Shown: positions 56,712 through 64,000 of the stretch, piece by piece | Layout: the number at the start of each line of letters is the position of its first letter | Position numbering within the stretch: the first letter of the stretch is position 1 | Source of the DNA: Eledone cirrhosa | Taxonomy: Eukaryota | Assembly (NCBI GenBank): GCA_964016885.1 | Contig: OZ024742.1 | Span: forward strand, 67,766,001 to 67,830,000 | DNA: 64,000 bases | Direction: 5' to 3' | Notes under the pieces: model-generated | What the model saw: the letters and a program-made list of their open reading frames with translations, nothing else | The model's database searches: none | Told to the model about the DNA's origin: nothing | Program-made: the position numbers and the translations under genes

Positions 56712-56865
56712 TTCATTATTTCTGAAGACGGCATATATATGTGTTGGTATGTATATTTAATTTTGATAGTTTGTATAATTTTGTATAATTTTGTACATAG
56801 ATCTGTTGAATATGCATGCCAATTCTAACACATATATATCCTAGAAACGATCGTTAAATAATGAA
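56712..56865 (+). ncRNA. Type I HHR with ~115-nt stem II domain
   Basis: TTCATTATTT-CTGAAGA-CGGCATATATATGTGTTGG..CTAACACATATATATCCTA-GAAA-CGATCG-TT-AAATAATGAA; perfect 10-bp stem I. Confidence 0.87.
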
Positions 56866-56919
56866 CTTTTTTTGTTTAATATAAGGAACTGTTTCATTGT
56901 TTTATTCATTATTTTTTTA

Positions 56920-57003
<84 letters not shown>

Positions 57004-57034
57004 TATATATATATATATATATATGTATATGTAA

Positions 57035-57073
<39 letters not shown>

Positions 57074-57116
57074 AATATATATAAATATATATATATATAT
57101 ATAAGTATATATATAT

Positions 57117-57147
<31 letters not shown>

Positions 57148-57167
57148 TTCAATCATATTTCAATGAT

Positions 57168-57980
57168 ATCTTATTTTTGTTTCATCCGCTTAGCTTGCTC
57201 GCTTTTAATGGTTAATGTCTTCTTAATCATTGTCTCAGTTTTGTATGGCCTTTTTAACTTATGTTTATAGGTCTGGTATATTCACATCCATTAAGCGATC
57301 GCCAACACAATTCGGAAGTTGCGTTTCGCTAATTTCTACTCACCGAAATGCGATTCTCGCTAAATGTATATTTGTATTAATCTCCCAAGTCTAGCAATTA
57401 ACCAGTTAATTTTTTTGATTTTTTTTAGTTAATTCTATTGACTGATTAATAGCTTAACTTTATTTTAAAAAATACTCGGTCGAGAGCTTAATTCGTTCTG
57501 TGCTTTTTTTTCAAACTTTTGCAATGACTGCACATACTGAATTCATTTGCCAAAACTAGGAGTTTTCTCCCCTTTGGACTTCACATGTGCTTTAAACACT
57601 GTGGGATCCTGGCGCACGCTGAACAAAATGCCTGTTGAATAAGTGATATCCTTGTTCGATCATTATACCAAAACCTTATTATTTTTTTTATAAGCAGACA
57701 GTATTATTGATTTAAGTGTCGCAGAAACCCTATATCGGATTGTACAATCATTCCCGAGGGTCCGGGTAAATATTTCAATCGTATCTTACTTTTGTTTCAC
57801 CCGCTTAGCTTGCTCGCCTTTTGGGGTTAGGTGGTTAATGGCTTCTAAACCGTCGTCTCAGTTTTGTATGGCCTTTTTAACTTATGTTTATAGCTCATGT
57901 ATCTTCATATCCATTGAGCGCTCGCCAGCACTATTCCGAAGTTGCGTTTCGCTAATTTCTACTCGCCGAAATGCGATTCC
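57168..57980 (+). repeat. Diverged direct repeat of ~190 bp (57168-57357 / 57783-57979)
   Basis: CCGCTTAGCTTGCTCGC..GTCTCAGTTTTGTATGGCC..GAAGTTGCGTTTCGCTAATTTCTACTC occurs twice. Confidence 0.85.
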
Positions 57981-58086
57981 TGAAGATTTCATACGAATGA
58001 AACAGTCTTTATCCTGTAGAAGCCATTCCTATATTATATAATTGTGTTGACGTATATATGTATATTTTTAAAAAACCTATGGTCAT

Positions 58087-58622
58087 AATCACTTGATTCA
58101 GGTCTATTTAAAACACCGTTATACATACTTAACTGGGGACTATCATTTATGCTAGTCTGCGCTCTTCTGACGGCAAAACCTATAAAATCTTGGAAACATT
58201 AAAATTTCCTGAATACATTATTGAAATCTTTAAAAGATCCCAAAACTTCCTCAAAAGAAAGCGTTTCTTCATACAAGGCTAAGGCCGAGCGCGTAGTGTT
58301 TCTACGACGGCTGGCCCTTCTATGATGCATTTATACAGGTCGTTGAGCACTTCATTCATCTGCTTCACAATTTTTAGAGCCATATAGAGGTCTACCGTTG
58401 AAGAAACAAAACGACACGTTCGGCTGCCCCCCTGTATCAAGAAAACAAATAGGTTTCAAGGAAATTTTGGGGTCCATTTTAAATTTAAAGTTTTTTTTAG
58501 GAACTTTCAATGTTTTCAAGTTTTTATAGGTATTGCCATCTGAAGAGCTCAGACTATCATAACTGATAGCCATCAATAAAATATGTATGACGGAGTTTTC
58601 AATAAACCTAAATCAACTGATT
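58087..58622. mobile_element. Degenerate palindromic MITE/fold-back element
   Basis: 58087-58215 is reverse complementary to 58495-58622; weaker symmetry continues toward the centre (~58355). Confidence 0.65.
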
Positions 58623-59121
58623 GTGTTCTCCGACTTTTTAATAATATATAAGGCTCCGGCTTGCACCATTTTTAAAGGTTGTTGAGCTCTCTTTTTATCA
58701 GCTTAACAACCGACCGAATATAATGTGGTCTGCACATTCCTGGTCGGTAACCACAAAATCTAATTATACATATATATGAATTTGTATCCGTAAAGCCCCC
58801 GTCATTCCATTACTCAGTCAATTAGCCATGAGATTTGAACGTGGGGACGTAAAAACCTATATTTAAGAGTGTGAAATATATATATAGATTCCTCTCAGCA
58901 TATGCTGTAGCGAAAGAAAAACGCAGAGGTTATGTTCACGCAACACACGTGAAAATCATTTAGATTATGTGATGTATGTGATTGAAGTTTTTTAAGTGAT
59001 GATAGACCTTACTCTTCACCAAGCATGGCGTTCGACCCTCTATCGATACTACCAATCCACCGATTTTATTCTAATAAACAATGCCTGTACAGCAATTGTG
59101 TACAGATTTCTTTGGATCACC

Positions 59122-59328
<207 letters not shown>

Positions 59329-59385
59329 CGAATCAAATGATGCAGTGCTATATATAACATCTCTATGTATATATATCTATAACCT

Positions 59386-59453
59386 CTCTGTCTGATGAAC
59401 GACCTAGACGTATATTAATATTGCCTAGGGTCCTGAAACCTTTGGTAATGGAG
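59386..59453 (+). ncRNA. Type I hammerhead ribozyme
   Basis: CTCTGT-CTGATGA-ACGACCTAG..CTAGGGTCCT-GAAA-CC ttt GG-TA-ATGGAG; ~150-bp island between (TA)n tracts. Confidence 0.8.
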
Positions 59454-59503
59454 TAGTTATATATTGTGTTGTTCACTTTCTAATTATATATATATATATA
59501 TAT

Positions 59504-59858
59504 ATATTACTTCAAAATATTAATAAATATAGACATTCATGTGATCAAATATATTTTATTATACATATTTCAGAGATTAGTAATTATGGTTAAAATTTAG
59601 TCATGACTAAATTATAACTATCAACATAGTCAAGGTATGTCAGGCATCAACTTATTTTATCTGATGAGGACATACTGTTGAAATAGCTCAGTATCTCTGA
59701 AATATGTATAATAAAATATATTTGATCACATGAATGTCTATATTTATTAATATTTTGAAGTAATATTAATAACTCCAGAAAACCTTTTTGTAGAGTGCTT
59801 CTAATCGATTGTGAAACTTTATTCATTGATGAATTCATTGAACTTTGTTAAACCTTTA
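59504..59858 (+). mobile_element. Mini PLE fold-back (arms 59504-59577 / 59693-59766, plus tail), family of the 11020-13697 element
   Basis: Perfect ~74-bp inverted arms; HHR homologous to 13582. Confidence 0.85.
59653..59718 (+). ncRNA. Type I hammerhead ribozyme
   Basis: TATTTTAT-CTGATGA-GGACATACTG..CAGTATCTCT-GAAA-TATGTA-TA-ATAAAATA. Confidence 0.87.
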
Positions 59859-59866
59859 ATCATTAT

Positions 59867-60013
59867 ATGCTTTGTAGCATAGAGATACGCCCCTTTATGA
59901 TCTGAGTTCAAATCCCGCCGAGGTTAACTTTGCCTTTCATCCTTACGGGGTCGATAAAATAAAGTACCAGTAATGCACTGGGTAATGGCTAGCTTTGTGC
60001 CAAAAGTAGAAAC

Positions 60014-60019
<6 letters not shown>
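59867..60019 (+). mobile_element. SINE copy, 5' truncated
   Basis: GAGTTCAAATCCCGCCGAGG..GCCTTTCATCCTTACGGGGTCGATAAAATAAAGTACCAG. Confidence 0.88.
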
Positions 60020-60601
<582 letters not shown>

Positions 60602-60621
60602 TATATATATATATATATAAT

Positions 60622-63600
60622 TGTATATATAAAGTGAAATTGGGCGTTGTTTGTTTGTTTAGTGTCCCGAACTTGCAGGCTACACCGTTCATCCGATTTT
60701 CATGAAACTTGACACATATATAGAACTCGACCCGTAAATTGGTATAGACTACTTCGATAGTCGGGCCCCCAGAAGCCAAAAATCGATATTTTCAAACATC
60801 GTCCGATTTCGAAGAAACTCGAGGCAAGTGTGTGTTTCGATCCGGGATTAAATGTGGACTACATTAAATTTTCGAAACATCGATAATTGGATCACCAGAG
60901 CCAAAAATCGATATTTACGAAATTTGTCCGATTCCAATGAAATTTGACTTAGGTATGTATTTTGATGCGGGGATCAACGTGGGGTAATCGGACTCCCAGA
61001 GGCAAAAATCCGGCAAACGAAAAACGCCATTCATCTTGCTTCCATTTGTCGCGTCTCCCGCCATGCAAAAAACGTTCAATCTATCAGGATTATCCACCGT
61101 AAGTCTCTTTAAATTAACGCTCACCATATTCAACAAACCTTTTATGCCGATTCTTCCATTTCTTATATAAGGACTATCAAGACTATACCGCCGCGCATCA
61201 TCCTGTATTGCGCGCAGTCTTCTCAAGCGATCATCGAGCCTCCAAGCGCTCTCTTCATTCCCGTGGTCTGACTACCGTAGCATAATGAGGCATCTGTCAA
61301 CCCCTGCCCTCTTCCTTCCCTGCACGCCGTCGACCCACATGCATCGTTGTGCATCACCATACGCATCTCTGCCTTGTCAGCTGCAATTCATGACCCGGCC
61401 CTTTCCATTTACTGCCCTCCGTGGTCCCTAAGGACTTCCACGGCTCAACATGCCGAATCCCTGCCGCCGTCCACCCCTGCCCATTTCCATTGCCTACACT
61501 CTGGGAGAGCTCAAGACTTCCATGCCTGACCAAGCCGCATCCATGCCACCGTCAACCCCTGCCCTCTCCATTCCCTTCCCTGCCCGCCGTCGTCCCACTG
61601 CATCGTCATGCCTCATAATGCCGCATTACTGCCCTATCGGCCACCATCCCCTCCTCAGCCCTTTCTTTTGCCTGCCCGCCCAGCTCCTTCGAGACTTCCA
61701 TGCCTAATCAAGCCGCATCCCTGCCACCATCAAGTCCTGCCCTCTCCCTTCCCTGCACACCATCGTCCCACTGCATCGTCATGCCTCACCATTCCGCATC
61801 CATGCTATGTCAGCCGCCATGCCCTCCCCTGCTCTCTCCCTTATCCGCACACCTTGGTCCTTCACGAGTACCATGGCTCACCATGCGGAATCCCTGCTAC
61901 CGTCAATCCCGGCCATCTACTTTCCCTGCACGCCGTCGACCCACTGCAGCGTTATGCCTCACCATGACGCATCCATGATCTGTCAGCTGCATCCCCTCCT
62001 CGGCCTTTTATTTTGCCTGCCCACCGTGCTCCTTCAAGACTGCCATGCCTAACCAAGCCGCATCCCTGCCACCGTCAATCCCTGCCCTCTCCCTTGCCCG
62101 CACGCCTTGATCCCTCACGACTGCCATGGCTTACCATGCGGCATTCCTGCCCTGTCAGCAACTTGCTCAAATGTCATCAGCATGGTTTATTCCTGCGCCG
62201 CACATAACCGCCCATTATCTCAGACCAAAGACAGCACCGAATATGAAACGACCCTGTGTAAGTCTTTTTACATTCATTTTGACCATATTTAACAAAATTA
62301 AACAAACATTCATCCCTTTCTCCTCCAAAGCCTACCGATCACGTATGGCCGATAAACATCCTGCCTTGCACCCGTTTTTCTTAAACAATCATCGTGCCTC
62401 CCGGTGCTCTCTACATTCCCGAGGTGCAACTCAATTGGCATGCCGCATCCACGCCCTGTCAGCCGCCATGCACCCTACCCTTTCGTCATGCCTCATCATG
62501 TTGCATCCTTGCCCTGTCAGCCGCCATCCACTCCCCGACCCTTTCCACTGACTAGGCATGGAAGTCTTGAGTGACCAAGTGGCATCCATGCCACCGTCAA
62601 CCCCTGCCCTCTCTGTTCTCTGCATGCCGTCATCCCACTGCATCGTCATGCATCACTATGCCGCATCAATGCTCTGTCAGCCGCCATCCCCTCCTCGGCC
62701 CTTTATTTTTCCTGCCCGCAGTGCTCCTTCAAGACTGCCATGGCTCACCATGCGGCATCCTTGCCACCGTCCACCCCTGCCCTCTTCCTTGCCTGCTGAC
62801 CGTGATCCCACTGCATGGCCATGGCTCAGGATGCCGCATCCATGCCCTGTCAGCCACCATCCCCTCCTCAGCCCTTTCTTTTGCCTGACCGCCGTGCTCC
62901 TTCAAGACTCCCATCGCTATCTATGCCGCATCAATTCCTTGCGACCCGCTTAAACGTCATCAGCGTGGCTTATTGTTGCCCCATTTGACCACCGATTTTC
63001 GCAGGCTAAACACAATACCAACGTGCACGATAGTCCATGGTAAATCTTTTTAATTACTTGTTCATCATGCTAAGCAAAGGATGAATATCAACTCTTTCAT
63101 TTCTCCTGACATGCCTTTCTGTCAATTATGGCCGAGAAGCATCCTGTGTAGCATCGTGCCTTCCACTGTCCTCACAATTGACTCACAACGCCGCATCTAT
63201 TCCCTGCGACGCCCCTAAATATCATCAGCATGGCATATTTTTCTGCCGCGTTTAACCGGCCCTCATTCTAGGCCATAAGCAACAAAACCGAACGATGATG
63301 CTGCGTAAGTCTATTTAAATTAATGATCAACATGTTCAGCAAAACAATTGTACCAAATCTTCCTCTTCACCTCCAAGGCCTATCCGTTACATCTTGGAGG
63401 TCGGGATTCGCAATTTCTACGATTTCAATATTGACACAACAGTCCGTCAGATTTTTCAGCACATGTTGCTCCGATAGGATATCAACGTGATTTTCACTTA
63501 ATTCGTAAGTGTTCAGTCTTCCGTATGCTTTTATTTGTTATTGATACAACACCGACTACAATCATCTAACTTCACTTTGTAGGCTAGACATGAATCAAAA

Positions 63601-64000
63601 GGAAAACAATCCTCTGATATACCACCTCACTAAATTATTTGGTCTACCTAGACTTCAATGGCTATATCCTTTGCTTTTGTACGGTTGTACATTTGACAAT
63701 GTCACAAAACATTATTCCACTTAATTCTTACCTTTCAGCTATGAATTGGGCAGTGCCTTAAAATCCCCATTTATTTGTGTGCAATTTTGGGGTATCTTAT
63801 GAATGGAGAATCGAAAACCCTTTTTCTCATAACCTGCTCCATGGATGTTTGGGGACTATTTTTACAAAATACCAATATCACAGATTGGAGCACAAAAAGA
63901 AACGTTTGTTCTTCATTATTTCGGTTAAAGCATCCTGCTGGAATTTAGCGCAGATCCGTTTAAATCCAGCGCCTTATAACCCCAAGTGTAACCGGGTACA
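60622..64000 (+). mobile_element. Probable non-autonomous Helitron-like element carrying GC-rich tandem arrays
   Basis: 5' part ATATATAAAGTG..(TTTG)n..CCGATTTTCATGAAACTTG with internal repeats; window ends in CCC...CCGGGTAC, resembling a Helitron 3' hairpin; terminal CTAG not visible. Confidence 0.5.
61285..62950 (+). repeat. GC-rich minisatellite, ~170-180 bp higher-order unit with ~85-bp subunits; two blocks (61285-62160, 62430-62950)
   Basis: TCAAGAC..CCATG.CT.ACCA.GCCGCATCC.TGCC recurs at ~61511, 61690, 61862, 62034, 62729. Confidence 0.88.

Noticed and set aside
61347-62953. Pro/His/Cys-rich ORFs
   Set aside because: Products of a GC-rich minisatellite open in several frames; no domain motifs.

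Overview
AT-rich eukaryotic (metazoan) genomic DNA saturated with (TA)n/(CA)n/(GA)n microsatellites and transposable elements. No host gene can be called with confidence. The recurrent tRNA-derived SINE resembles the Meta-domain SINEs of octopods, so a cephalopod/mollusc origin is inferred, not shown. Main contents: (i) a near full-length but disrupted CsRn1-type Gypsy LTR retrotransposon (20868-26818; 427-bp LTRs, GCTC TSD, tRNA-Trp PBS, candidate -1 frameshift signal); (ii) five Penelope-like elements (PLEs, Naiad-type GIY-YIG), one with a full-length disrupted ORF; (iii) fragments of CRE-like and RTE LINEs, Tc1/mariner, a hAT-like element, a MITE and a probable Helitron with a GC-rich minisatellite. 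The most striking hidden signal is about 22 type I hammerhead ribozyme (HHR) motifs from more than 10 different sequence families. They sit in PLE pseudo-LTRs (pLTRs) and in ORF-less fold-back mini-elements lodged in TA microsatellites. Several have unusually long stem II inserts or non-canonical cores (CAGAAGA, CCGACGA) repeated between copies, and many have AATAAA just 3' of the cleavage site. All structures were read by eye; none were folded computationally or searched against databases. The many (IY)n/(CV)n/(HT)n ORFs in the track are microsatellite artefacts.
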